A DNA stretch of 64,000 nucleotides. Origin: Octopus vulgaris (taxonomy: Eukaryota). Below the pieces are notes generated by a model. It saw only the letters and a program-made list of their open reading frames with translations, ran no database searches and was not told where the DNA came from. A program made the translations under genes and the position numbers. The stretch covers positions 64,852,001-64,916,000 of the forward strand of contig OX597826.1 in assembly GCA_951406725.2 (NCBI GenBank). Direction: 5' to 3'. Positions 1 to 13,144 of the stretch are shown here, in pieces. The number at the start of each line of letters is the position of its first letter. Position 1 is the first letter of the stretch.

Positions 1-19
1 CTAATTGTTACATATTTAC

Positions 20-49
20 CATAAATTCACAACAGCCTATCTGTTACGT
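20..49 (-). other. Candidate 30-nt exon ending in ATG, possibly the start exon of a gene that continues beyond the left window edge
   Basis: gattaactttgtgtgtttattattag|ACGTAACAG...TTTATG|gtaaat. Confidence 0.4.
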
Positions 50-665
50 CTAATAATAAACACACAAAGTTAATCATTAAGGACAAAAAAAGCCAAAAAA
101 AAAAGAAAAGAAAAAGAAAAACCCACCCTGGGAGAAATAATCTGAATTTAACAATAAAATATAAAAGAGCAAGATGTGAGCAATTTGAAGTAAAATATAA
201 TAATGATATATAATTAGTAGAGAAATTTTGAGGACTAATTAGTGTGTGAAATAAGAGGAGGATTAAGGCTTGATGTAGCTAGGTCAAATTTGCAACAACA
301 GAGAAGATGACAACTATGACAATGATGAAAACAATAACAAGGATGACAAATGATAATGACAATGCTATGGTGATGATGATGATAACACAAGGCAGGATGG
401 ATTAATACTTCTTAAGGCTGATAGAAGCCTAATACAAGCATTGACAGTGACATAGTAAGGAGTGACAAAGTAACATAATTCTAGAACTTTACACATTACT
501 TGATGCACAAGACAAGTGCAACAAATTTGCAGTGTAGTAAGCAAGATATGGGACAGAGAAGAAGACAAAAAAAGAAGCATATAATGATGAAGGTGGCAGT
601 GGTGATAATGGTGGTGGTGGTGATGGAAGAAGGAAAGAGAGGATGCAGTATATTTAATAGCTTAC

Positions 666-757
666 CGACATGAAAGTATTAAAGTTCACAGAAATGACTG
701 ATGAAAGTACACCACCAGAGGAGTGGAGTCATTATTTAAAAACAAATTATAACAAAG
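666..757 (-). CDS. Candidate 92-nt exon; in phase 0 it encodes LCYNLFLNNDSTPLVVYFHQSFL* (stop at 688-686), then a uATG
   Basis: aatttcatttcag|CTTTGT...CATGTCG|gtaagc. Near-consensus splice sites. Confidence 0.55.
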
Positions 758-2639
758 CTGAAATGAAATTTTGAATCAAACACATGAAGGATCTGGCAGT
801 CCATGAGTAACTGTTGGAGAAGGTTAGCACCAGAAAATGTATAAAACACAGGATGGGTTTGAGGTTCAATCTTAGCATGTGTAACATGAGAAGTTCCTAA
901 CAATAAGATTCTGAGTTTTCCTAGAGTGGCCTTTTTTTTTTTTGTCTTGGGGAAAAAATTTAGATTTTCATCTGTAAATTAAATTGTTACATGATTTTCC
1001 ACCACTGGAGACTTTAGAAGATATATTTGTTAAGAATGGCTATTAAGTTAGTATCCGGAACATAATTTATCATGAAATAAAGACAGAAGGTACTAAATCT
1101 AGATTACTTTAAAACAAGGAATTTTGTATCAAAGAACCAAAGGTAGAGTCAGATGGAATGATATCAAAACTGTTAATGTCTGTCCTCTGGTGAAATTGAT
1201 AAAAATCCAAGAAGATAATAATACATAAAACTAAGGTATTAAAAGTACCTGAGCTGATAAAGCAGGGACAAAATAACTATACCATCGACACACGTAGAAG
1301 AAATAAAACAACTAACCTAGCCAAACTGATAAACTCATATGACTCTGTAAAGAAAACCCGCACAGAACAGGGTTTATCAAGAGAATATTTTATGGCTTAG
1401 TTGAATAGTTAGTTCTATTTTAAAACCCCATTTACCAACATAACATACAAAGATACATGCACAGACATACACAGAAAGACATATATTTGCTATATATTTA
1501 TTACAAGTAACAAAGAAGTGTTTTGTCCATAAAGACAAGAGAGTATATTTTACATGTATATATACTGAGTGTGAGTGGGGGATTCTTATAAATAATGGAA
1601 TGTACGGAGTAGGTTGTAGTCTTCTGACCTGTATAAGAAGGCTGTAATTCTAAATAAGAACAGATTCAGTTTGTAATGATCTGTCTAACCCATACAAGCA
1701 TAGAAAAGCGAATGTAAACACTTTCCAAAATTTAGGAAAATCTTTGCACAAGAAACTTCAGGTCTGTGCATGACTCCTGTGGTATTTTCAGCTAAAAAAA
1801 TAGTGCGTATATAAATACATAAACACACACAGGCACACATGCACATATAGGTGTGTGTGTATACACACACATACACAGAAGACAGAAAAAAATGAAAGGA
1901 TTCTCACCCTTACCATTTTTTTTATTATCTAAATGACACATGTTAGCTAAGCAAAAATTTTAATAGATACTTTATTAAAAAAAAAGATTTTAAAAAAAAG
2001 GAGAAACATTATTGAAGAGAGTTATTAATTAATGAATAAATAATTAGATATCATTATACGTCAGCTATTTTAAGACCTGACATCCAACTATGAAGCAAGA
2101 CAGAAAAGTAATGACTGCTCAGCTTGAAAGTCACAAAGCCTAGTGTTTGTACCTAGAATGCATATAACCTATATAAATGAGGCAATTCATCGAAATAATT
2201 GGCCTCTATCTCAACCAATAAGGACACACACACACGCATACACACATGCACAAACATCTCAGATAAATTAACTTAGAAGCAATTAATCTAGCCTAGATAC
2301 CAAACTGTGTCAATACTTGTGTGCGCTAAGTAAATGGTAAGCTAGGATTGTTCAGTTTCCATCAACAGTAAATTTTTGATTATCTACTCCATTTTTACTT
2401 TCCATAATTGAATAAACAAGGGCTGGTGACTGGAAAAAACAGAAAGAGAGAGAAAGAGGAGGGTATTCTAACCTGAATTTAAAAATTTTTCATAAAGGTT
2501 GCACCAAGGTATGCTTTAAGGCCCACCAGTCTCTCCCTCAGACTTGTGTTGTCAACTCTTTCTCACACACTCATACATACAGTTCCTTTATATACAATCT
2601 CATTTCCACAGCAAATGTAGGATCCATTAAACAATCTTC

Positions 2640-2870
2640 TTTCTTTATTGCCCACAAGGGGCTAAACACAGAGGGGACAAACAAGGACAGACAAAGGGAT
2701 TAAGTCAATGTTATCGACCCCAGTGCGTAACTGGTACTTAATTTATTGACCCCGAAAGGATGAAAGGCAAAGTCGACCTCGGCTGAATTTGAACTCAGAA
2801 CATAACGGCAGACAAAATACCGCTAAGCATTTCGCCCAGTGTGCTAACATTTCTGCCAGCTCGCCGCCTT
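2640..2870 (-). mobile_element. tRNA-derived SINE family A (Meta-type central domain), near full-length copy
   Basis: Sense strand has B box GAGTTCAAATTC and the GCCTTTCATCCTTTCGGGGTC-ATAAATTAAGTACCAG domain. Other copies at about 3270-3480, 4830-5005, 5985-6200, 7110-7305, 13200-13330, 40330-40440 and 52628-52830. Confidence 0.88.
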
Positions 2871-5800
2871 AAACCATCTGCAACAGGACTTCTCAACCTA
2901 GTTTTACTCAACAGCAGCATTAAAGTAGAAGCATTAAACTGCTGAAGATAACACACTAATAACAGTACTTCTTAACTATTTTGCTAACACATACCAGAGT
3001 TTCCATGGAGGTTACTGTTTCACTTATCTTCAGTTGGCTTAATGATCTTCGATAAGTTCATGTTTAAACATTATCTATCTACCAAGCTGAACAAACTATT
3101 GCCATATTATAACTTCAAAACTCATGAGGTAATTCAGAATCTAAAGTATGTATAATCTGACCAATTGGTCAGTGAGGAAATATGATAAACAGTTATTATT
3201 CAAGTAACTGAAAACTGTTGTTATAGTAACAGAATTTACAGGAGTGGTGGTGGAAGTGGTGGGTTAAAATACTGATTTCAAATTTTGACACAAGGCCAGA
3301 AAGATGGTAATTCAATTATATCAATCCCAGCAGTGCTCAACTGTTGCTTATTTTTATCAACCACAAAAGGATGAAAGGCAAAGCTGACCTCCACAGAATC
3401 TGAACTCAGAATGTAAAAATAAAGTGCCACCACGCATTCTTCTCATGATGCTAACCATCCTGTGAGCTCGCCACCTTGTGCTGGGTTTAATATATTAACC
3501 AAACTGACTCATTGTCATTCAATTTAAAGCTTATTTTGTACAATAGCATGAATTTTGTTTCATCACATTGGCCAGAGGCAAGTCTGTATGAATAGAGTTC
3601 ACTTCATAACCACATAGTTTTCAGTTCTGCCCAACTGTATGGCACCCAAGGCAATAAGCATTTACTATAACCTAAGACTGACCACAATGCTTTGTGAGCG
3701 AAACTGAGAGACAGAAATTGTATGGAAGTCAGTTAAATATATTTCTATATCTATGTGTACACACACACACAGACATACACACATGCATGCATGCATGCAT
3801 GTATATATCTATGTGGGTATGTATGAATGTATGCATATAATTATTTACTCTTGTGTGTCTTCACACGATGCTATTTCAGCAAAAATGGTGTTGCTATGTT
3901 TATATCTGTAAACAATGTGCCCAGTAGCTCTGCTATTTTAACTAGTGGAGACCAGTGGAATAATAATATAATAATAATACTTTACTTGAAATTCTAATAA
4001 GGATCAGTGACAGAATACTGTCCCTATAAGTCTTTGTTGAACACATACAAGCATGGAAAAAAGAAAAAGAAACTACAGATGCAAAAGCAAAACTTATGAT
4101 GATGATAACAAGTTGCATAGCAACAAGAATTGCTTCTTGTTTGAGCAGCAATTTGAGTATTAGATGCTTGATGCTTCTTCATCTACAAGTAGATATATTA
4201 TTACAGCAGCCTTCTAACATGCCACCGTATTTGTCAAGCCATTATATTTTACATTGTGTCAACTAATGACTGTCACAAAAGCAGAGAACTTGTTTGTAAC
4301 AGTTTTACTCATATTCATATCAAGTGTATTGCTAATTAAACCATAGAAACAGAAGTCATACAATCTCTCTCTCTCTCCCCCTCTCATTTCAATTTGGTTT
4401 CTGCTGGTCAAAGTAGCCAATTAACCTTAGTCAACCCAAAAATGTCCTCATCTGCTCAGGATCTACTCTGAATCACTGATTGACACATACTTTAATTGAA
4501 AATGCATTTACTGTGAAAAGAAAACAAAGGAGAACAAGTCTAGCTGTAAACAGAATTCTCAGTTTACATTCCTTTTAACACATACAAAGATACAAGGGTG
4601 AAGGAGCCTTTTTCTTATTATGCAACACACCCTTTTTAACAGTAAACACTCTATCATTTTGGATTAGATTGGATTGCCCATGCTCAGTCCACTGCAGGAT
4701 AGAGACCCCAGCATGTTCCCTCCACCAGAGAATGGCTTGAGATCATACAGGTTTGATGAGCCTCCTCTGCCACACTGGCTTAACATGGTTTGACAGTGGG
4801 ATGCAGTTTTTTAATATTCATACCCAAGAGTAGTTAAGTTGATTACATCAACCCAAGTGCTCAACTGGGAGTTATTCTATCAACCCTGAAAGTATAAAAG
4901 GCAAAGTCGACCCTAGGCAGAATTTGAACTCAGAATGTAAAGACAAACAAAATAGCACTAAGCATTACATTCAGCATGCTAACAATTCTGCCAACTCACC
5001 ACTTATCATAAAGTGAAATTAATTTTTGTAAGAACAAGCATGGTTGTGTGATTAAGAAGTTTACCGCACGGCTTTGAGATCTGTTCCACTGTGCAGACCA
5101 ATGCCTTGTAAGGGAATTTGGTAGATGGAAACTGAAAGAAGCCTGTTGCATGTGTCTCTGCACATTTCTTATCTCCTATCTTTTGTTTCAGTCATTGGAC
5201 TGCAGTCATACTGGAGCACCATCTTCAAAGGTTTTAGTCAAACAAAACCCAGTACTTATTCTATTGTTCTCCTTTGCTGAACCATTTAGTCATGGGGATG
5301 CAAACAAACCAACACCAGCCGTCAAGTGGTGGAGAGGGACAAACAGAAAAGTACACCTACATGCACACACACACACACACATACTGCACTTGAGTTCCTC
5401 TGGAATAAAAATTCTCTTGTGATTTAAAAAAAAAAAAGGCAAGAGTTGGCAACAGAAAAGCATCCAGTTATAAAAACCCAATCCCAAGTACCTCTCCACC
5501 TAATCTTTGCTAGTATGGGAAAACAGGCATTCAAACAAACACTGACAAACAACAAACACTTTACCATAAAGTGAAACCAATTAATATTTCCATGTTGAGC
5601 AGATTTGCATAAGACATCAATGCCAACACATGGATCTCATTATTTATTCCTTTGCAAGGGCTTTAGGCATATATGAAGTTTGTTTATTGCAAACATAAAG
5701 CAAGCAACAAAAAATCAGAGCTATGCTACAATTTAATATATGTATACATATAGGCTGTTATGATACATTAGGACTTTGTTACAATGAACATTCATATAAT

Positions 5801-6239
5801 GACTGACATAATTGCAGATTTTTTCCAGAAAAACTTTAGAAGGGGGAAATTAGCTCAACCCTGTTTCACTAATTGTTTTCTTTTACACATTGATAGAATT
5901 TAATTCACAAATTTCCACAAGTTCTGTAACTCGATCAGTCTCATTAAAGCACCACCAGAAATGAACAACAACAATAATAATAATCCTTTCTACTATAGGC
6001 TCTAGGCCTGGAGTTGTGGGAGAGGGGGTTAAGTCAATTACATCAACCCCCAGTACTCAACTGGTACTTAATTTATCAACCCTGAAAGGATGAAAGGCAA
6101 ATTCAACCTCAGCAGAATTTGAACTCAGAACATGAGGATGGGCAAAATGCTTAGTAGCATTTTGCCCGAAAGCTAATGATCCTGCCATCCCGCTGCCTTC
6201 TTCTTCTTCTATTATTATCATTAATAATAATAATAATAT

Positions 6240-6480
6240 GTATGATAAAAAAAATATTCAGACAAATGCATAACAAATACACCAGGTCTTACAAATATAT
6301 ACAACATACAGAAAATTGCACTACTGGGCACTGCACACATCCTATGCAAAACACTTTCAATACAGTAACCATAAGAGCATCACAGTAAAACACAGCACAT
6401 ACCCAAGGCATACAGAGCTGCACTTGGTAGTGAAGTGAAAATACGTTATAAAAATAAAACTATTGAATAATAATAATAGT
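6240..6480 (+). mobile_element. 3' end of an R4/Dong-like (restriction-like endonuclease) non-LTR retrotransposon with (AAT)n tail
   Basis: Encodes IQKIALLGTAHILCKTLSIQ*, followed by a 3' UTR and AAT repeats. Confidence 0.75.
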
Positions 6481-6716
6481 AGTAGTCTATGTAATCTCAA
6501 ATTTTAAAACAAACTTATAATTTTCTTAAGTTTTCTTAAACATTCTCTAGAACAATACTATGTGCAAAACCAAATATATGACACCCTAGGCATAACACCA
6601 ACTTGAACTTCTAACTTGTTTATCTCTTGAGGTTTCTGGGTGAGACTTGGAGTCAACTTGTACAAGCATAAGTCAAAGATATAATAATAATAATAAAAAT
6701 AATAATAATAATAATA

Positions 6717-7100
6717 GTGCTTTCTTAATGTATCAATAACCAACAGATGATAAAGTATCTCTAAAAGAAATGGAGAAACTCTCAAAATACAAAGATCTGG
6801 AAATGGAGGTAACCTGAATATGGAGTCTAAAAACAATCCTACAATAATAAGTGCATTAGATATGGTTAAAAAAAACATTCAGATAAATACATAATCAAAA
6901 CCCTAGGACTTACAAAAGTATATATAACATACAGAAAATAGCACTACTAGGTACTGTGCACATCCTACGTAAAGCACTTTCAATACAATGAAAATAGGAG
7001 CACCACAACAAACCACAGCACTTACTCAAGGCACACAGAACTGCACTCAGTAGTGCAGTGAAAGCACATGATAAAAATAAGACTACTGAATAATAATGAT
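6717..7100 (+). mobile_element. Second, longer R4/Dong-like 3' fragment
   Basis: VSITN...DKVSLKEMEKLSKYKDLEMEVT*IWSLK...IQKIALLGTVHILRKALSIQ*. Same 3' UTR as the copy at 6240. Confidence 0.78.
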
Positions 7101-7334
7101 AATGATGATGATGGTTTCAAATTTTGGCACAAGGCCAGCAATTCCTGGGAAGGGGTAAGTCAATTACATTGACCCCAGTGCTCAAGTGGTACTTATTTTA
7201 TTGATCCTGTAAGGATGAAAGGCAAAGTTAACCTCGGTGGAATTTGAACTCAGAACATAAAGATGGACAAAATTCTGCTACACATTCTACCAATTCACCG
7301 CCTTAATAATAATATAATAATAAACAGTGCTTAC

Positions 7335-7649
7335 TTTATAAACTACGAAGGTTGACAAAAACATGGAGGGCGGTAATAATAACAACACAATAATTAATAA
7401 ACACAAAACAACTCTAACAGCAGCAGCATTTTTCATCCTAGGCATCTGTTAATAGAACAATCTATCCAAGAAAGAGAGTAACCCAATTCCGGTTTTGCAC
7501 ATGGGAAGCTCCTCAACTGTTGCAGTTGAAGCACTAGATGATTAATGGCAAACACTCATTATTTTCTGTTCAGGTAACTAAGTTCTCTTTAAGTGTGATT
7601 TAGCATCCAATCCCTCGCAATACAAAATATGTTATTTCTGTCAATGACC
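7335..7649 (-). CDS. Candidate 315-nt exon with several short uORFs and, from ATG at 7445, an ORF open to the donor: MPRMKNAAAVRVVLCLLIIVLLLLPPSMFLSTFVVYK
   Basis: ttgtgattgcag|GGTCATTG...TTTATAAA|gtaagc. 37 codons ending in phase 0; basic N-terminus followed by a hydrophobic helix. Product not recognised. Confidence 0.5.
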
Positions 7650-8743
7650 CTGCAATCACAACAAGCAATTGTTTCAGTTCACACTAACACTGCAATAAAA
7701 ATCTGCACAAGATATAAACCTATCTACAACTACTACCAACCTTACTTTGTCTTACCCTTTCTTTCTTTATTTTTCAGAAACCGAGAATCAGTACATTTCT
7801 CTTTCTCTGTCTATAACCTATTATAGCTCAATAAAATTTTTTAATAATACCACCCAGCTTTGAAAAGACAGTGTGATATTATTTTTCATCCAAGCTAACT
7901 ATCAGCCTACCAAAAACATGGATTTTTATCTAAAGGAAAGATTTTCTCTAAGACTCAGTGACCATGACTATTTATTGTCAGTGTATCCAACATATTACCA
8001 GCCCACTGACGAGGAAAAATTATTAGGTTATAAAAGCTAGACTGATACCAAATATATTTTCATAAATTTCAATAAGAGGCAAAAATATAAAATTCAACTT
8101 ATTTCTTTTCATTTGTCATGCAATATACTGAAATACAATCCTTATCTACACATTAATATACCAACAAAGTATTTCAAATAAAATTTACAATCAACTGAAC
8201 TGTGATACTTATTGGATTAGCATATAAGTGGCTGAGTATTCATATATACATGTACCCTTCACCTTTTAAGCATTCAGATTACTCAATAAAATCTAATGCT
8301 TATTTATTCACATTATTTTAGAGCTTCAAGATTTCAATGATTTGAGTGTTCATTTTTAGAATGATAATGTATAGTAGGCATGAGAGCCTGGATTTGGCTG
8401 GTTTGAACATAAAACATGTAGAACATTTGGGCCGGATATGGGACATTTAAATGCTAAAGAATTAACATAATTCTTCTGCATAATCAGTACAACAAAGTGT
8501 AATGAGTTTGGTGCTTTCAGTTACATGTACACGCCATCTGATGAGCTTCCACAGTTTCCATCTACCTAACTTTACTCACAAGGCATGGGTCAACCAAAGA
8601 GTATAGAAAATTATGCTTGCCCAAGATGCCATGTAGTGGGATCAAACTAGTAATCTCATGATTATGAAGTGAAATTCTTAACCATTCATCCAAACTCCAA
8701 ACTACACTTACAGACTAATATACTGAAGTCCTTTGGCTAATGC

Positions 8744-8963
8744 AAGAGGGTGCTGAAAATTTCCTGGTTTTAAGAATATCACAAAAGGCCTGGTTGGAGA
8801 CCCAACCTTCCAAGTTCTTCTACAGGGATTAGAAAAACTGTAGGATTGCTGCAATAAATGTATGAATCTGAGAGGGGAATAGACTGAATAAAATCATAAT
8901 TAACTGATCCTCCTGTATTTTCTTTTACCCAAAGCCAAATACTTTTCAGCACTTCCTCAAGTA
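8744..8963. mobile_element. Mariner-type MITE
   Basis: Imperfect TIRs gagggtgctgaaaatttcctggtttt / aaagccaaatacttttcagcacttcctc. Confidence 0.7.
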
Positions 8964-11213
8964 CACACACACATATATATATATACATATAAATATAGAT
9001 ATAATCTTAAAAGATAACTGAGCATGTTAACCAATATATTATGTGCAGAGTAAAAGCTAGCAATGAATAATAGTAAAGGTATCTCAGAAAATCCTCCACT
9101 TTCCTACCACAATCATAAACTAATGTACACTGAAATGCATTACTTCACTGACATTCCATCACAGACATCACCACGGACAAATTTAAGGTGACCATCAAAT
9201 TTTCATCTACTTTGTTGCACTGAGTTCTTTATAACCACAGGACTCCTGTAAACACCATTGGCACTAACCAGCTGATAACTTTGCTTATGGTATAAGTGAA
9301 GACATGATGGTTAGAATGTTGGACTTACGATCGTCAAGTGGTGGGTTCAACTCATGAACCAAACAGTGCATTGAGTCCTTAAGTAAAGCACTTTATTTCA
9401 TGTTGTTCCATTCTACTCAACTGGAACGAGTACCAGTCAAGTGCTGGCACAGACCCCCTCTGTGTCTCTCTACCAATGAATATGTAAGCACTTAAAACAA
9501 TTAGCAAAAGTATGGTACATGCTACCACACTACATGCTACATAATAGCTTGTGAGTCATGGCTATGAATTAATGAAGTTCACCACAATCTCAAGAAAGAC
9601 GTCAAAAACACCTAGTATTTGTTTATGCTATGCTTTTGTTTGTACCATAACCTCCACACCTTCAACAACAAATTTCCAGAACCTTTTTCGATACCAACCT
9701 GCAAGACTGCTGCTGGTTCTATAACAAATTTGTTGTTTTGAAGTGATCTAAATTAAAATTTCCCTTCAAAAATTTGTGCAAATTTACATAGCAAACATTA
9801 TCTATATCAGTTAATCTTTTGTTTTAGTCATTAGACTGTGGCCATGCTGGGTTGCCACCTTGAAGAATTGTAGTTGAACTTATCGACCCCAGCACTTACT
9901 ATATTTTTGTATAGCATGGTACTTATTCTATCGGTCACTTTTGCTGTACAGATAAGTTAGGGGACATAAACACACCCACACCAGTTGTCAAGTGGTGGTG
10001 GGTGGACAAACACGGACACAAAGATACATGTACACACACACACATACACACATACATATATTCAGCAGGTTCCATTCAGTTTCCATCTACCAAATCCACT
10101 CACAAGGCTTTAGTTAGCCTAAGGTTATAAGACAAGACACTTGCCCAAGGTGCCATGCAGTGGAACTGAACCCAGAACCATGTAGTTGGGAAGCAAACTA
10201 CTTACCACAGAGCCACACCTGCACTTAGTAACAGCAACATTATTTAATTATACTCAATATTTCCAAAATTAATTGAGACAGAGTGAATGTATTTTAACTA
10301 AGATATGGTAGCAAAAGGGTTAAAAAAGAAGAAAAATAAACATCTTTATCTGTATAGGTTAGCCTATTTTTATCCTTATCTCTAGAGTCAAGACACTAAG
10401 TTCTGTTCTATTATTTGTAAACTGGGAAATTTAATTCAGATTGTTTGCCTTTTCTCTCAAGCTATGCGACAAAAATAAAAGACTATGCGAAGGTCACAAG
10501 TGTTGAAATAGATACTGCACACCATTTTTCTATTCATTAGAATATACCTTAATGGTTAAGCAATCTCCAAAAACAATGGTAGTGATAAAACTATACCTAC
10601 TTCTCAGTTAATGTATTAAGTTCAAGATAAAAACTTGAAGAATATGTAAACATGAAATATATAACAAAACAGAGACAGAAAAATAAAGACACAAAAATGA
10701 CTATACATATATATATAAAACAAAAATGAAATAAGAAATACTTTAATAGCAGTGCAACATATGAAAGTTATTTGACATCCCAGAGGAGTAACTGATGGAA
10801 TAACATGATTCACTCTTAGCAATGAAGGAAACCATTTGGATAGACAGTCCAAAATATATTCTTCAGAATAAGATTTTTGTTTTCCTTGGTCTTGAAATAA
10901 GCAGTACTGGTAGTGGTGGGTGGTAGTTGTGGTAGCAGAAGCAGCATCTAGATAACGTCATGCAAGAGACCAATAGGAATTTATACTATTGAAGTCCCTC
11001 CAATAGAGCCCTGAGGTGATTGAGAACATACAACCATACGGTTTACCTCTAACTGCCCTGATAAATAATACAAAAATATTTTACACACACAAGGAACAGT
11101 GAATAAACTGTTGTCTAAGGTATGCAAAAGTGAAAATAACAATGACATTTCATTTTAACAGATATATTTACCAAAATTACATAAAAAATATCTTGAAAAA
11201 CTAAAGATTAAAT

Positions 11214-11725
11214 TTATTGAATAAAATCGCCACTGGCTTCAACCACAACCTCCAGATGACTTCAGAATCTTCTGCAACTCTTGGATGGTTTCCCTGTTTA
11301 ACTTGATGAATGCAGTCATAATCCTTGCCTTCAGTTCATCTTTGGTGTTACAAGAGGTTCTGTTGGTCTCTTGCACAACTGCACCCCACATATAATAATC
11401 AAGGAGGTTGCAGTCTGGGGCGTTAGGTGGCCAGATGTTAGTGGTGATGTGGTAAAAAAAATTGTCTGACAGCCATGACTGGGTTCTCCTGTTTGTGTGA
11501 CATGGTGCGGAGTCCTGTTGCTAGACATAGGGTTTTCCAGCAGTCACCCTCTTGACCCAGAGCAACACTACCTTCTCCAGGCACTTGATGTAGGCCTCCA
11601 TGTTGAGTCTGAGGTTGTGTGGGAAGATGAATGAAGGCATAATGTTGTCATCACTAGCAATTACTCCAAACACCATGATGTTGACAGGATGTTTGATTTT
11701 TATCATTCTTGGTACATGTCCTCAG
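11214..11725 (-). mobile_element. Tc1/mariner-superfamily transposase remnant, DD37D (maT/Bmmar1)-like, pseudogenised
   Basis: KHPVNIMVFGVIASD...YV*QQDSAPCHTNRRTQSWLSDNF...WPPNAPDCNLLDYYMWGAV...SGDFIQ*. In-frame stop and frameshifts. Confidence 0.9.
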
Positions 11726-12334
11726 ATTGGAACCCAAACACGGTGTTTCACAATGTCTTGCTAGCTTGGCCAAAGCTTATTTTATTTTGTTTTGGGATTT
11801 GGTTTGCAAGATTCTTTATGTGAGTTTGTGTGTTATATGCATGTGTGTGTATGCACTATATATGTGTGTACATTTGTATGTATGTATTCTGCATATTCAT
11901 GTGTGTGTGTGTACCTCTGTCTCCTTGTGTGTGCATATCTGAGTGTGTCTGTGTATGGATTTTTGTAACTATGTACATGCATCAGTTATGTATGGATGTG
12001 TGTCTCCATATGTGTCCTGTGAAGTGTGCACATGTGTATATGGTCATGTGTTTCAGTCTTCATTTGCATATGTATGTGTGTATATGTATATATATATTTA
12101 TATTCTGTTACTCTTTTACTTGTTTCAATGATTTGACCATGGCAACATTGGAGCACTGCCTTAACGGGATTTTAGTTAAAGAAATTGACCCCAGGACTTA
12201 TTCTTTGTAAGCCAAGTACTTATTCTGTTGGTCTCTTTTGCCGAACCACTAAGTTATGGGAACAGAAACACACCAACATCATTTGTCAAGCGGGGGACAC
12301 ACACACACATAAATACATACACACACACACACAA

Positions 12335-12365
<31 letters not shown>

Positions 12366-13087
12366 CCCATGCTAGCATGGAAAGCGGACGTTAAATGATG
12401 ATGATGATATACATATACGATGGACTTCTTTTAGTTTCTGTCTACCAAATCCACTCACAAGGCTTTGGTCGGCCTGAGACTATGGTAGAAGACACTTGCC
12501 CAATGCTCAAGGTGTCATGCAGTGGGAATGAACCCAGAACCATGTGGCTGGGAAGCAAGCTTCTTACCACACACATACACTGGGCCTATTTAAGTTTCTG
12601 TCCACCAAAACTATTTGCAAAGCTTTAGTCAGCACAGAGTTATAATAGAAGGTGGACTGAACCCAGAACCTTGTGATCTGGAAGCAAACTCCTTACCACA
12701 CACCAACGTCTGCACATAAATAATACATTGATGTTGATACAATCATCTTTATTCAATGCCTCTCCACAAAATTTTGGTTTTGCTTGAGTTCAAAACCATT
12801 AATAACAATGGAAACAGAAAAAAAACTGAAACTAGTTACACTGATAGAACATAGGGGCAAAGGTGATGTAGACATCTTGTAAACATTTGACAACTTTAAA
12901 CATTCACTTTGTGTTTTTGTTTTGTTATTTTTTAAAGTAAATCTAACCACAGACTAAATAACATTAAACTGACAGTAGCCAGTCATTGTCCTGTCAATAG
13001 ACAATAGTCAGAAATCCATTGAATCTATTGATAATCTTGATGACATAGCAGCTATAGGTTCATATAAGATTCATATCTGTCACTCAC

Positions 13088-13144
13088 TGCTTGCCTCTTC
13101 TCTTTATTTTCACCCACAAAAGATAAATATAACAGCCCTTAATT
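13088..13144 (-). other. Candidate 57-nt exon, probably untranslated leader of a downstream minus-strand transcript
   Basis: ttttatttgtcttctttataatag|AATTAAG...GGCAAGCA|gtgagt. Confidence 0.45.

Noticed and set aside
9640-9670. Minus-strand EGVEVMVQTKA* as a candidate POMP last exon
   Set aside because: Only EVM matches; there is no G-x-P-H or LGLL-like tail and no convincing acceptor.
11709-12628. Overlapping plus-strand ORFs rich in C, V, Y, H and T, and similar track ORFs throughout the window
   Set aside because: They are translations of (TG)n/(CA)n microsatellites and SINE bodies, with no protein motifs.
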